A DNA stretch of 64,000 bases from an uncultured Gammaproteobacteria bacterium (GTDB lineage Bacteria; Patescibacteriota; Microgenomatia; UBA10105; UBA927). The position numbers and the translations under genes are program-made. The notes below the pieces were generated by a model that worked only from the letters and a program-made list of their open reading frames with translations, searched no databases and was not told the origin of the DNA. Positions 35,931 through 45,498 of the stretch are shown here, piece by piece. Location: positions 51,063 through 115,062 of the forward strand of contig CAYUZE010000004.1 of assembly GCA_964449585.1 (NCBI GenBank), read 5' to 3'. The first letter of the stretch is position 1. Each line of letters starts with the position of its first letter.

Positions 35931-36779
35931 ATGTCCTGCCCGCGGGGTGTTGTGCTCCTTTGTGTGTTTTGCTTCATGCTCGGCAGTTTTCCGCTTCAAA
36001 CGCTAGGTGCCGCCCGGTCCGTCACCATTACTACCGACAGTAGCCGTATTATCGGCGATGAACCGTTCCGGATAACCGCATCGGCATCAGGGTTCATCGA
36101 CGGGGAAACCGTCAGCATGAAAGGGGCATTTTTTTATCCCGGATCATCCAATTATTTCGGCTATACCAAACGAGCCGACGGTTCATGGGTAAAAAATGGG
36201 GATGCGACCAGTGAGCAACCGAAATTCATCATTGGGACGTGGGACGGCGTGCTTTTGCTTCGTGCCGATAGCGCGGACAGCGGCTATCAGGGCGAAGGGG
36301 AGTATCAGATAAAGATTGGATTTTATTACACGACCGGAACGGGAAGCCTCTCGACGGTCAATTGGTCGGCAAATACATTGCCGATAACGGTTACCGAGCC
36401 CGACCCGACCGTCACACCGTCGCCGACGGTTACTCCTTCGGTGTCTCCCACGACTCCCGTTACGCCGTCGGCCACCCGAACGCCGACGCCGTGGGTGACG
36501 ATCCGACCGACCGACCATAGGTTCCCGCTCCGGCATACACCGATACGGTATGGGTCCAGCATGTCTGGTATACTGGGTATACAGGACAAGGTACGTGGCA
36601 GTGAGGCGACCGGAGATGCGACTGTCTTGTCGCAGGTTCGGACCAGGCCACCTGGTACCGTCTATGCGTTTTTGGTTATCGGGGTAGGGGTTGCCCTTAT
36701 CTCCTTTGTTGTTGCCGTCGGCAAGCTGCCCTTATGGAAAAACGTACTGGAACATCAGAAAAAAAACGAGGATTCGTAG
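35931..36779 (+). CDS. Secreted/membrane protein with Pro/Thr-rich linker
   Basis: Signal-like N-terminus, PTVTPSPTVTPS repeats, C-terminal TM. Confidence 0.7.
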   Translation: MSCPRGVVLLCVFCFMLGSFPLQTLGAARSVTITTDSSRIIGDEPFRITASASGFIDGETVSMKGAFFYPGSSNYFGYTKRADGSWVKNGDATSEQPKFIIGTWDGVLLLRADSADSGYQGEGEYQIKIGFYYTTGTGSLSTVNWSANTLPITVTEPDPTVTPSPTVTPSVSPTTPVTPSATRTPTPWVTIRPTDHRFPLRHTPIRYGSSMSGILGIQDKVRGSEATGDATVLSQVRTRPPGTVYAFLVIGVGVALISFVVAVGKLPLWKNVLEHQKKNEDS

Positions 36780-37195
36780 CAGTCGCTGCGGGATATTGGG
36801 GACCCGTTTTCTTGTGGATGGCGATTATTTTTTTCCTCTCAAGTCGGCACAGCGTCAGTGTTTCGGAAGAATATTTCATCAACTTTCTTTTTTTTAAGTC
36901 GCTCCATATCATCGAATACGCCGTGCTTTACACATTGGTCGTACGGGCTGCCTATCGGACTTCGGACGTACGGCAAAAAAAAAGTGTCTATCTCCGTGCT
37001 TACCTCATTACCGTGCTCTACGCCGTCTCCGACGAGCTTCATCAGTCCTTTGTTCCGAGTCGTACGCCGCAGCCGCGCGATGTTATAATTGACGCCATCG
37101 GAGCGGGATTCGTATGGTATTACCTGAGCGTGCAGTTACCAAAAGCGCCAAAGCGACTCAAACAGTGGGCGAAACAGTTGGCCATTCCTTACTAA
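36734..37195 (+). CDS. VanZ-like membrane protein
   Basis: WMAIIFFLSS, KSLHIIEYAVL, YAVSDELHQSFVPSR..RDVIID. Confidence 0.88.
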   Translation: MEKRTGTSEKKRGFVAVAAGYWGPVFLWMAIIFFLSSRHSVSVSEEYFINFLFFKSLHIIEYAVLYTLVVRAAYRTSDVRQKKSVYLRAYLITVLYAVSDELHQSFVPSRTPQPRDVIIDAIGAGFVWYYLSVQLPKAPKRLKQWAKQLAIPY

Positions 37196-37581
37196 CGGAA
37201 GGGGAGGGGTATGCCGGGAAAACGGCACGGGTGATCTGTTTATGGGGTGAGCTGGGAAGCGGCAAAACCACCTTTGTCCAGGGAATAGCAAAAGGTATGG
37301 GGATCACTGATCGGTTGCTCTCCCCCACTTTCATTATTGTGCGACATTATAAGGTTCCTGGCGGGTCAGGCTTGCTGCATCATCTGGATTTGTATCGGAT
37401 GACGACACCGGAAGACGTGCATTCCGTAGGCCTTTCCGACATGCTTGCTGATCCGCAATCCGTCGTCATTATCGAATGGCCGGAGCGGTTGGGCGATCTG
37501 TTACCGCGGGAGCGCATCGATTTTTACTTCACCACCCAAACCGACGATACTCATATAATAGAAGGGAGGAACAATGAATGA
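37114..37581 (+). CDS. tsaE: tRNA t6A biosynthesis ATPase TsaE
   Basis: GELGSGKTTF, SPTF, HLDLYR, IIEWPE. Confidence 0.93.
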   Translation: MVLPERAVTKSAKATQTVGETVGHSLLTEGEGYAGKTARVICLWGELGSGKTTFVQGIAKGMGITDRLLSPTFIIVRHYKVPGGSGLLHHLDLYRMTTPEDVHSVGLSDMLADPQSVVIIEWPERLGDLLPRERIDFYFTTQTDDTHIIEGRNNE

Positions 37582-38164
37582 TCAGATAACCGAAGCGGTG
37601 ACCGTGCTTAGTCAGGGAGGCATTATTATTTTTCCCACCGATACCGCCTTTGGCATAGGGTGCCGGCTCGATAAACCGGAAAGTGTTGATCGATTATTCG
37701 CGTTGCGAAAACGACCGAGCACGCAAGCAATGCCGGTTCTGGTTGATTCCATAGCCATGGCACTCTCCTATCTCGACTCCCCTGGTGATATTGTGCGACG
37801 TATGATGCAGGCGCATTGGCCGGGGGGACTAACGATCGTTGCTCCCTGCAAAACGGACCGTATCTACTCCCCTATTCGCGGCGGTGGAACGACGATCGGC
37901 GTTCGTATGCCGGATCATGAAATTACCCGATCAATTATCACGGGAGCGACGGTACCGATTCTCGGGTCATCCGCCAATTTTCATGGGGAAAAAACGCCGT
38001 TTCATCTTACTGATTTGGATCCTCAGCTGGTACAGCTGGTTGACTATGTAGTGTCGGGCAGTTGCAAGGTGGGAAAGGCCTCGACGGTCGTCGATACGAC
38101 GCAAACTCCCGCTGTCATCGTTCGCGAGGGAGCGGTTCATTTAGCGCCGCATGAACTGTTATGA
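37574..38164 (+). CDS. tsaC: L-threonylcarbamoyladenylate synthase (TsaC/YrdC)
   Basis: FPTDTAFGIG, KRP, WPGGLT, GVRMPDH, SSAN, STVVD. Confidence 0.93.
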   Translation: MNDQITEAVTVLSQGGIIIFPTDTAFGIGCRLDKPESVDRLFALRKRPSTQAMPVLVDSIAMALSYLDSPGDIVRRMMQAHWPGGLTIVAPCKTDRIYSPIRGGGTTIGVRMPDHEITRSIITGATVPILGSSANFHGEKTPFHLTDLDPQLVQLVDYVVSGSCKVGKASTVVDTTQTPAVIVREGAVHLAPHELL

Positions 38165-38481
38165 ATAACGCTGCCGTGATTCTTGCCATTGATACCTCCG
38201 GCATACGGGAGACGAAGGTGTCGCTTACGGTCGGTGAAAAAACCTACCAACGACACACCACCGAAAAGCTTCCCCGCTCACAAACCGTATTGCCGTTTAT
38301 TGAAGAGGTGCTTCGTGAGGCTAACCTTCCCGCCGACGCCATCACGGAAATTATCGTCAATACGGGACCCGGTTCGTACACAGGGCTCCGGGTCGGGATC
38401 ACCGTCGCCAATACGCTTGCGACCCTGTTAGCCGTCCCCGTTAACGGCAAAAAAACGCTTGCCGTTCCCCGCTATTCGTGA
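38161..38481 (+). CDS. tsaB: TsaB, short (N-terminal domain only)
   Basis: ILAIDTS; GPGSYTGLRVG. Confidence 0.88.
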   Translation: MNNAAVILAIDTSGIRETKVSLTVGEKTYQRHTTEKLPRSQTVLPFIEEVLREANLPADAITEIIVNTGPGSYTGLRVGITVANTLATLLAVPVNGKKTLAVPRYS

Positions 38482-38544
38482 TACCACTAAGAATGAATAT
38501 ATTTCCCGCCGCTTACTATTTTTGGCGGGGATAAAGGAGCGTTT

Positions 38545-39129
38545 ATGGCAAAAAAAGAAACGGAAGCCGTGAAAAAGGGTACAAATCCCCTGGTGTTTGT
38601 CGGAGTCGGTTGTCTTGTCCTCCTGGTGGTATTGGGAGTAGGAAGCGCGGTTGCCTTTAAGTTTTTTGCCAATACGGTAGGCAAGGGCATGGTGGAAAAA
38701 GCCATTGAAGCCAAGACCGGAGTGAAAACCGATATCAGCAATCTTGAAGACGGCAAAATGACCTTCACCGACAGTAAAACGGGCGCGCAGGTGAATATCG
38801 GTACCGGGGAAATTCCCGCCGCATTCCCCAAAGATTTTCCGGTATATCCGGATGCCAAGGTCACAAGCTCGCTATCCGGCGCGGAAGCGGGGAAAAACAA
38901 CGGATACTGGCTTACGTTTGAAACCGCCGATGCTCTCGATACGGTCGCCGCCTTTTATAAGGCTGAATTTGCCAAAAACGGATGGACCGTCGAATCGACG
39001 TATACGGCTAATGACACCACCACACAGGCGGTGAAGAAAGCTGACTGGCGCGGTTCTCTTTCGCTCGCGAAGGATGGCTCGGGAGGGAAGACGCAGATTG
39101 TCATTATCCTCGGGCAGGAACAGGAATAA
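38545..39129 (+). CDS. Hypothetical membrane-anchored protein
   Basis: TM; IPAAFPKDFPVYPDA...AFYKAEFAKNGW; AAAGGAG RBS. Confidence 0.75.
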   Translation: MAKKETEAVKKGTNPLVFVGVGCLVLLVVLGVGSAVAFKFFANTVGKGMVEKAIEAKTGVKTDISNLEDGKMTFTDSKTGAQVNIGTGEIPAAFPKDFPVYPDAKVTSSLSGAEAGKNNGYWLTFETADALDTVAAFYKAEFAKNGWTVESTYTANDTTTQAVKKADWRGSLSLAKDGSGGKTQIVIILGQEQE

Positions 39130-39270
39130 ACGATTGCGGGCAGGCGCAAGCTTCTTTGTTATTCGATCAGCCACGGACAGTTGTCCGTGGCGTTCGTTTT
39201 TTCCGACGTAGGGAACAACCCCGACGCGTGCCTCTTGCAGGAGGGGAGGGAAATGGTGGAGTATAGATAT

Positions 39271-40236
39271 ATGCGCCTGTTTCGGATGCTTCATCATTGG
39301 TTCGTTCCTCACGAGGGGAATAACCATCGTGCGAAAGCACTTCATCATGATGCGCTTTTTGCCTATGTCTTACTGCTTGCAGTGTTTAACCTGGGTATTC
39401 GTTATTTCCATGGAGCGATGCCTGATGTGTTGGGATATGCAACCGATATCCGTATCGATCAACTGATTGCCGCAACCAACGCGAAACGAGCCGAAGCCGG
39501 TCTTCCCGCAGTGAGTTTAAACGGCACCCTTTCTCAGGCGGCGGCGGCCAAGGCTGCCGATATGTTTGCCAATAATTATTGGGCGCATAACAGTCCCGCA
39601 GGAAAGACACCGTGGGATTTTATTATCGGTGCGGGATACCGCTATACGTTAGCGGGAGAGAATCTTGCCAAGAATTTTCAGACGAGTGACGGGGTAGTAG
39701 AAGCGTGGATGAACAGTCCGACACACCGGGCAAACATCGTCAAAAGCGGGTATCGTGATGTAGGATTTGCGGTAGTAAACGGGGTATTAAACGGGGAAGA
39801 AACAACCCTTGTCGTGCAGATGTTCGGAACCACGGCTGCCGCCCCGATCGCCCAGATACCCAAGGCGGAAGCGGCGGGACCCGCGCCGACGACCGCTCCG
39901 AAAGTCGTTCCTCAAACCGAGGAAAAGCCGGTAACCGTCGTGCCCACCGAACCTGCCGCGGTCAACACCACCCCCGCGGTTATGCCATCTCCGGCGCTGG
40001 TTTCCGGTTTTTCGTTTGAAAAATTCATCGCAACACCCAGGATAGACATCACCTCGCTCACGAGCTCTGTGGTATTTGTCGTCGTAGGGGTACTTATCGG
40101 CATATTGGCGGTGGATGCGTACATTGTTGGAAAGAAGCGGGTAGTACGGCTTGCGGGGCATAACGTTGCACATATGTTATTCCTCTTAACGATTGTGATA
40201 GGAGGGCTTTCAATCGCCCGGGGGAGCCTATTATGA
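39271..40236 (+). CDS. CAP/SCP domain membrane protein
   Basis: TNAKRAEAGL, YWAH, GENLA, AWMNSPTHRANI; start uncertain (39253 or 39271). Confidence 0.9.
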   Translation: MRLFRMLHHWFVPHEGNNHRAKALHHDALFAYVLLLAVFNLGIRYFHGAMPDVLGYATDIRIDQLIAATNAKRAEAGLPAVSLNGTLSQAAAAKAADMFANNYWAHNSPAGKTPWDFIIGAGYRYTLAGENLAKNFQTSDGVVEAWMNSPTHRANIVKSGYRDVGFAVVNGVLNGEETTLVVQMFGTTAAAPIAQIPKAEAAGPAPTTAPKVVPQTEEKPVTVVPTEPAAVNTTPAVMPSPALVSGFSFEKFIATPRIDITSLTSSVVFVVVGVLIGILAVDAYIVGKKRVVRLAGHNVAHMLFLLTIVIGGLSIARGSLL

Positions 40237-40481
40237 AACAACAGACAATGCTTGAGTCTATGGTGCTGTTTTGTATATTAGGAGGAGGTCTTTTTACCTT
40301 TTGGTATGCCAAGGGGAACGTAAACCTTCAACTGACGATCGGTGCCCTTATGACGGTGGCCTATGTGCTATGGGGAATTATGCGGCATCACGCGGCAAAA
40401 AGTCTTCACCGGAAGATTGTGATAGAATATGTGCTCGTGGGTATAATAGCCCTTGTATTACTGGCGACACTGGCCATCTAG
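40233..40481 (+). CDS. Small membrane protein
   Basis: Three hydrophobic segments; YVLWGIMRHH...IVIEY. Confidence 0.75.
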   Translation: MKQQTMLESMVLFCILGGGLFTFWYAKGNVNLQLTIGALMTVAYVLWGIMRHHAAKSLHRKIVIEYVLVGIIALVLLATLAI

Positions 40482-40496
40482 GAAAGGAGTACCGAT

Positions 40497-41246
40497 ATGA
40501 AAGGCGTTATCCTTGCAGGCGGACTTGCGACAAGATTACGGCCGCTTACCGCGGTTACCAATAAGCATCTTCTCCCGGTTTATAACAAGCCGATGATTTA
40601 TTATCCGCTCGAGGTAATGCGACGGGTGGGGATGAAAGAAGTGCTGCTTATCACCAGCGGCGGACATGTCGGCGACTTTGCCAATCTCCTCCTTTCCGGT
40701 GAAGAGTTCGGTCTCCGGCTTTATTATGCAATTCAGCAGAATCCGACCGGGGGTATTGCGGACGGATTAAAGCTTGCCGAAGAATTTGCCCGCAATGAAC
40801 CGATTCTGGTAATTCTCGGGGACAATATTTTCAACTTTGATCTCACGGCTTCAATGAAACGGTTTGAAGAAATGATTGCACGGGATAAAAAAGGCGCCAT
40901 GGTGTTCGGCGTTCACCGCGAGAAGCTTGCCCAACAATACGGTGTCATCGAGATGGATGCGGAAAACCGGGTGTTAAGTATTGAGGAAAAGCCTGAACAT
41001 CCCAAAAGTGACGTTGCGCAGACGGGGATTTACATGTATGACAACCGGGCATTTGAATTCATCAAACAGCTCACTCCCTCCGCCCGCGGGCAACTGGAAG
41101 TGACGGATCTTAATAACATGTACCTTCGTGAGCGGTCACTGCGGTGTGAACTCATTGACTGGTGGGTGGATGCGGGGACGTCGCATGATGAATTGCTTGA
41201 AGCCAACATTAAGGCGGCCGAATTCGTAAAGCAAGGAAAACTCTAA
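40497..41246 (+). CDS. rmlA: Glucose-1-phosphate thymidylyltransferase-like
   Basis: GVILAGGLATRLRPLT, KHLLPVYNKPMIYY, SARGQLEVTD. Confidence 0.9.
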   Translation: MKGVILAGGLATRLRPLTAVTNKHLLPVYNKPMIYYPLEVMRRVGMKEVLLITSGGHVGDFANLLLSGEEFGLRLYYAIQQNPTGGIADGLKLAEEFARNEPILVILGDNIFNFDLTASMKRFEEMIARDKKGAMVFGVHREKLAQQYGVIEMDAENRVLSIEEKPEHPKSDVAQTGIYMYDNRAFEFIKQLTPSARGQLEVTDLNNMYLRERSLRCELIDWWVDAGTSHDELLEANIKAAEFVKQGKL

Positions 41247-42262
41247 TGCGATTACTCGTCACCGGCGGTGCCGGATTTATCGGTACAAACTTTATCATCT
41301 ATTGGCTCAAAACCCATCCCGATGATACGGTCGTCAACTTTGATAAGTTGACGTACGCCGGTAACCTCGAGAACCTCATAAGCGTCGAAAACGATTCCCG
41401 CTACTCGTTTATCCAGGGAGATATTTGTGACACGAAAGCGGTGGCTTCCGCGATGGAAGGCATTGATACCGTGGTGCACTTTGCCGCGGAAAGTCATGTG
41501 GATCGCTCGATTTTGGAGGCTTCTCCGTTTATCACGACGAATGTCGTGGGGACTCACGTGTTGTTGGACGCGGCGCTCAAGGCAAACGTCGGAAGATTTC
41601 ATCATGTATCCACCGATGAGGTGTTCGGCGCGTTGCCGCTCGGAACCAACGATAAATTCCGGGAGACAACCGCGTATGATCCCCGCAGTCCGTACTCGGC
41701 AAGCAAGGCGGGATCGGATCATCTGGTGCGAGCCTATTACCACACCTTCGGGCTTCCGATTACCATCACCAACTGCTCCAATAATTACGGTCCTTACCAA
41801 TTTCCGGAAAAACTTATTCCGCTTGCGATAACCAATCTGTTGGAAGGAAAAAAAGTACCGATATACGGTGACGGAAAATACGTCAGAGATTGGCTGTATG
41901 TGGATGATCACTGCAGGGCAATCGATGCGGTCTTAACCTCGGGGAAAATCGGGGAGACCTATTGTGTCGGGGGCCTTACGGAAGACATGGATAACCTTAC
42001 CATCATCCGCGCAATCCTTGCGATCATGGGCAAGGATGAATCTTCGCTCGAATTTGTCAAAGACCGCCCCGGTCATGATCGCCGGTACGCGGTGGATTGG
42101 ACGAAGATACAAAAAGAATTAGGATGGAAGCCGCAAAATGATTTTCATACCTGGCTTGTCGCCACCGTGGAGTGGTACAAAAACAATGATGCCTGGTGGA
42201 AAAACGTCAAAACAGGCGCGTACAAAGCATATTACGAGAAACAATATCAACGCCCGCTATGA
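41246..42262 (+). CDS. rmlB: dTDP-glucose 4,6-dehydratase
   Basis: GGAGFIG, HFAAESHVDRS, STDEV, YSASK, RPGHDRRY. Confidence 0.96.
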   Translation: MRLLVTGGAGFIGTNFIIYWLKTHPDDTVVNFDKLTYAGNLENLISVENDSRYSFIQGDICDTKAVASAMEGIDTVVHFAAESHVDRSILEASPFITTNVVGTHVLLDAALKANVGRFHHVSTDEVFGALPLGTNDKFRETTAYDPRSPYSASKAGSDHLVRAYYHTFGLPITITNCSNNYGPYQFPEKLIPLAITNLLEGKKVPIYGDGKYVRDWLYVDDHCRAIDAVLTSGKIGETYCVGGLTEDMDNLTIIRAILAIMGKDESSLEFVKDRPGHDRRYAVDWTKIQKELGWKPQNDFHTWLVATVEWYKNNDAWWKNVKTGAYKAYYEKQYQRPL

Positions 42263-43149
42263 AATTTTTAGGTACGGGACTGTCGGGGCTTGTCGGTTCC
42301 CGCGTCGTCTCTCTGCTTTCAACACATACCTTCGTCAATTATAGCCTCGAAAGCGGCGTCGACATCACCGATCGCGAAACGATCATGCGCCGCATTACCG
42401 ATGATACCGAAGCGACGTGGGTGCTACATTTTGCCGCATATACCAATGTGCAGCAGGCTGAATCCGATAAGGATTTGGGAGAGAAAAGTCCGGCATGGCA
42501 GGTCAACGTCGCCGCAACCCAGTCAATTGTCGATGCATGCCGTGCGTCCGGTAAACACCTCCTCTACATCGATACGGATTATGCGTTTGACGGTACCCGC
42601 GACCGTTATACCGAAGATGATCCGGTAAGCCCGCTCGGTTGGTATGCCAAGACAAAATCTGAAGGAGCAAAACGGGTGCTTGCGCTTGATTCGTACGGCA
42701 CGGTCATACGGATTTCCAATCCGTATAGGGCACACCCGGTGGGCAAGAAAGATTTTGTGCATAAAATGATGGAACGGCTATCCGCACGCCAGGAGATTGT
42801 TGCCCCCGCCGACCAGTTGTTTGTGCCGACGTTCATCGATGATATCGCGGGCGCGATAGAAAAATTGGTTGCCGTTTCCGCTTCGGGTATCTATCATGTC
42901 ACGGGAACGCAAGCAATCTCTCCGTTTGATGCCGCATACGCCGTTGCGGAAACATTCGGGTATGACGCCAAGCTGGTGAAACCCGTCAGTTTCGCCGAGT
43001 ATTTTGCCGGCAAGGCTCCCGTCCCCCAAAAAGCGGTGCTTGCCACCGATAAGATCCGCGCGCTGGGAGTGACGCTCCACGGATTCAATGACGGTATTGC
43101 TGAGGTGAAAAAACAGGAGGAACAAACGGCCGGCGGGAAAACGGTATGA
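42259..43149 (+). CDS. rmlD: dTDP-4-dehydrorhamnose reductase family SDR
   Basis: TGLSGLVG, AAYTNV, TDYAFDG, YAKTK. Confidence 0.85.
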   Translation: MKFLGTGLSGLVGSRVVSLLSTHTFVNYSLESGVDITDRETIMRRITDDTEATWVLHFAAYTNVQQAESDKDLGEKSPAWQVNVAATQSIVDACRASGKHLLYIDTDYAFDGTRDRYTEDDPVSPLGWYAKTKSEGAKRVLALDSYGTVIRISNPYRAHPVGKKDFVHKMMERLSARQEIVAPADQLFVPTFIDDIAGAIEKLVAVSASGIYHVTGTQAISPFDAAYAVAETFGYDAKLVKPVSFAEYFAGKAPVPQKAVLATDKIRALGVTLHGFNDGIAEVKKQEEQTAGGKTV

Positions 43150-43194
43150 TGGCCTACTGTACAGTCGGGTGATAATTGCGTATACTATTTGCTT

Positions 43195-44490
43195 ATGACA
43201 ATCGCATTTGTCGGTCACGGTTATGTCGGACTCGTCACCGCCGCGGTGTTTGCGGATCTTGGGAATACCGTTTGGGTGGTTGGACGAACGAAGGAAAAAA
43301 TCGAACGCCTTAAAAAAGGTGATCCGTTAATCTATGAACCGGGACTTGATGAACTGCTCAAACGCAATCTTGCCGCGGGCAGATTGAAGTTTACGCTTGA
43401 TTATAAAGAAGCGGTTACCGCGTCTTCGGTAGTGTTTATTGCGGTGGGTACTCCTTCCAAAGCAAACGGGGAAGCGGACCTTAGTCAGGTGTTTGCCGCC
43501 GCGGAAGAAATCGGAAAATCGCTTGTCGGCTATAAAGTGGTTGTCACGAAAAGTACCGTACCTCCGGGAACCGGGAAGAAAGTCGCCGCGATCGTTGAGA
43601 AGGCAAAACCCGCCGGCTCCTCGTTTGCCATTGCTTCCTGTCCGGAATTTTTACGGGAGGGGACGGGGCTTTCAGACACGTTGCATCCTGACCGCGTGGT
43701 AATAGGAACCAACTCCGATCGGGCACGGGATATCTTAGTAGAGCTCCATAAGTCAATCGACGGCAAAGCGGTGCTTTGCAATGTGGAAACCGCCGAACTC
43801 ATCAAATACGCCTCCAATTCCATGTTGGCAACCAAAATTTCATTTGCAAACGCCATTGCCTTTATGGCGGAAAAAGTGGGGGCCGACGTCGAGCGCGTGC
43901 TTGAAGGGGTCGGTCTGGATAAGCGAATCGGGAGAAGCTTCCTTTATCCCGGTGTCGGCTACGGAGGCAGCTGTTTCCCGAAGGACGTCAAAGCGCTCAT
44001 CGCGATTGCCGGTGAGTATGGCTATGATTTTACCCTCCTTAAAGCCGTCCATGAGGTCAATAATGAAGCCCGGAAAAATTTTGTGGAGAAGATAACCCGT
44101 CACTTCACATCGCTTGAAGGGAAAACCATCGCGGTATTGGGGCTCGCCTTTAAACCGGATACCGACGACATGCGGGAGGCACCGGCAACCGATATCGTTG
44201 CCGCTCTCCTGAAGGCGGGAGCAACGGTTGCGGTGTACGATCCGATCGCGATGGAGAAAGCAAAAGAGAAATTGCCGAAAGAGGTGCGGTATGCCAAGGA
44301 TCCGTATGACGCCGTCCGTGATGCGGATGCGGTGGCGATTGTTACCGAATGGAATGAATTCCGTCAGTTAGATCTTGTGCGTCTAGCCCGCGGCATGAAA
44401 CATATGGTATTATTTGATGGAAGAAATATTTACGAGCCCGCACGAGTGCGAGAGCTCGGATTTATGTATTATGGTGTCGGTCGAATGTAA
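43195..44490 (+). CDS. ugd: UDP-glucose/GDP-mannose 6-dehydrogenase
   Basis: GHGYVGL, KSTVPPG, PEFLREG, GYGGSCFPKD, FKPDTDDMRE. Confidence 0.94.
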   Translation: MTIAFVGHGYVGLVTAAVFADLGNTVWVVGRTKEKIERLKKGDPLIYEPGLDELLKRNLAAGRLKFTLDYKEAVTASSVVFIAVGTPSKANGEADLSQVFAAAEEIGKSLVGYKVVVTKSTVPPGTGKKVAAIVEKAKPAGSSFAIASCPEFLREGTGLSDTLHPDRVVIGTNSDRARDILVELHKSIDGKAVLCNVETAELIKYASNSMLATKISFANAIAFMAEKVGADVERVLEGVGLDKRIGRSFLYPGVGYGGSCFPKDVKALIAIAGEYGYDFTLLKAVHEVNNEARKNFVEKITRHFTSLEGKTIAVLGLAFKPDTDDMREAPATDIVAALLKAGATVAVYDPIAMEKAKEKLPKEVRYAKDPYDAVRDADAVAIVTEWNEFRQLDLVRLARGMKHMVLFDGRNIYEPARVRELGFMYYGVGRM

Positions 44491-44515
44491 AAAAAATTTG
44501 TAAGGAGGAGCGTAT

Positions 44516-45472
44516 ATGGCAAAAAAAGCATTGATCACGGGAATCGCGGGTTTTGTAGGAAGCCACATGGCAGAACTTTTGCTCTCCAAAGGCTATGAAG
44601 TCTACGGACTTTGCAGACCGCGAAGCAAAATGGATCATATCGAATCCATAAAGACCAAGCTCCACCTCGAGGATGCCGACCTTCTTGATAGTCACAGCAT
44701 GTACACGACGATCAACAAAATAAAGCCGGATTACATCTTCCATTTGGCCGCGCAGTCATTTGTACCCACCTCATGGGGATCACCTGCGGTGACGCTTGAA
44801 GTCAACATAGTAGGAAGCGCCAATGTGTTCGAGGCGGTTCGTCAGGTCGGTATCGACCCCGTTATCCAAATCGCCTGTTCTTCCGAAGAATACGGGTTGG
44901 TGCATGCCGATGAGGTGCCGATTAAGGAAACCAATCCGCTCCGGCCGCTTTCGCCGTACGCGGTAAGTAAGCTTGCAATGGATTACCTGGGATACCAATA
45001 TTTTGAATCCTATAAGATGCGGATCATCCGAACCCGCGGATTCAATCATACCGGACCGCGCCGGGGTGACACGTTTGCAGAATCAACGTTTGCCAAACAG
45101 ATCGCACTTATCGAAAAGGGCAAGCAGGAACCCGTGATTTATGTCGGCAATCTTGAGGCTGAGCGTGACTATACCGACGTTCGCGATATGGTGCGCGCTT
45201 ACCTCCTGGCCGTCGAGAAATGCGATGCCGGTGACGTCTATAACATCGCAACGGGAAATGCGATCAAGATCGCCGACGTGTTAAAGCTCATGCTCTCCAT
45301 GAGTAAGGTACAGGTGGAAATTAAGGAAGATCCGAAGCGCATGCGTCCTTCAGACGTACCGATTCTTATCGGAGATAATTCAAAATTTGTTGAAAAGACC
45401 GGGTGGAAACCGGAGATTCCCTTCACCAAGACCGCTGAGGATCTTCTCAACTATTGGAGAGAAAGAGTCTAA
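44516..45472 (+). CDS. GDP-mannose 4,6-dehydratase / Rmd-like SDR
   Basis: ITGIAGFVG, HLAAQSFV, SSEEYG, YAVSK, FNHTGPRR. Confidence 0.85.
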   Translation: MAKKALITGIAGFVGSHMAELLLSKGYEVYGLCRPRSKMDHIESIKTKLHLEDADLLDSHSMYTTINKIKPDYIFHLAAQSFVPTSWGSPAVTLEVNIVGSANVFEAVRQVGIDPVIQIACSSEEYGLVHADEVPIKETNPLRPLSPYAVSKLAMDYLGYQYFESYKMRIIRTRGFNHTGPRRGDTFAESTFAKQIALIEKGKQEPVIYVGNLEAERDYTDVRDMVRAYLLAVEKCDAGDVYNIATGNAIKIADVLKLMLSMSKVQVEIKEDPKRMRPSDVPILIGDNSKFVEKTGWKPEIPFTKTAEDLLNYWRERV

Positions 45473-45498
45473 GATACCGGTGCGCTCGCGGTCCACTT

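Noticed and set aside
36400-36500. Tandem DNA repeat
   Set aside because: It is a degenerate Pro/Thr linker-coding sequence within a CDS, not an independent element.
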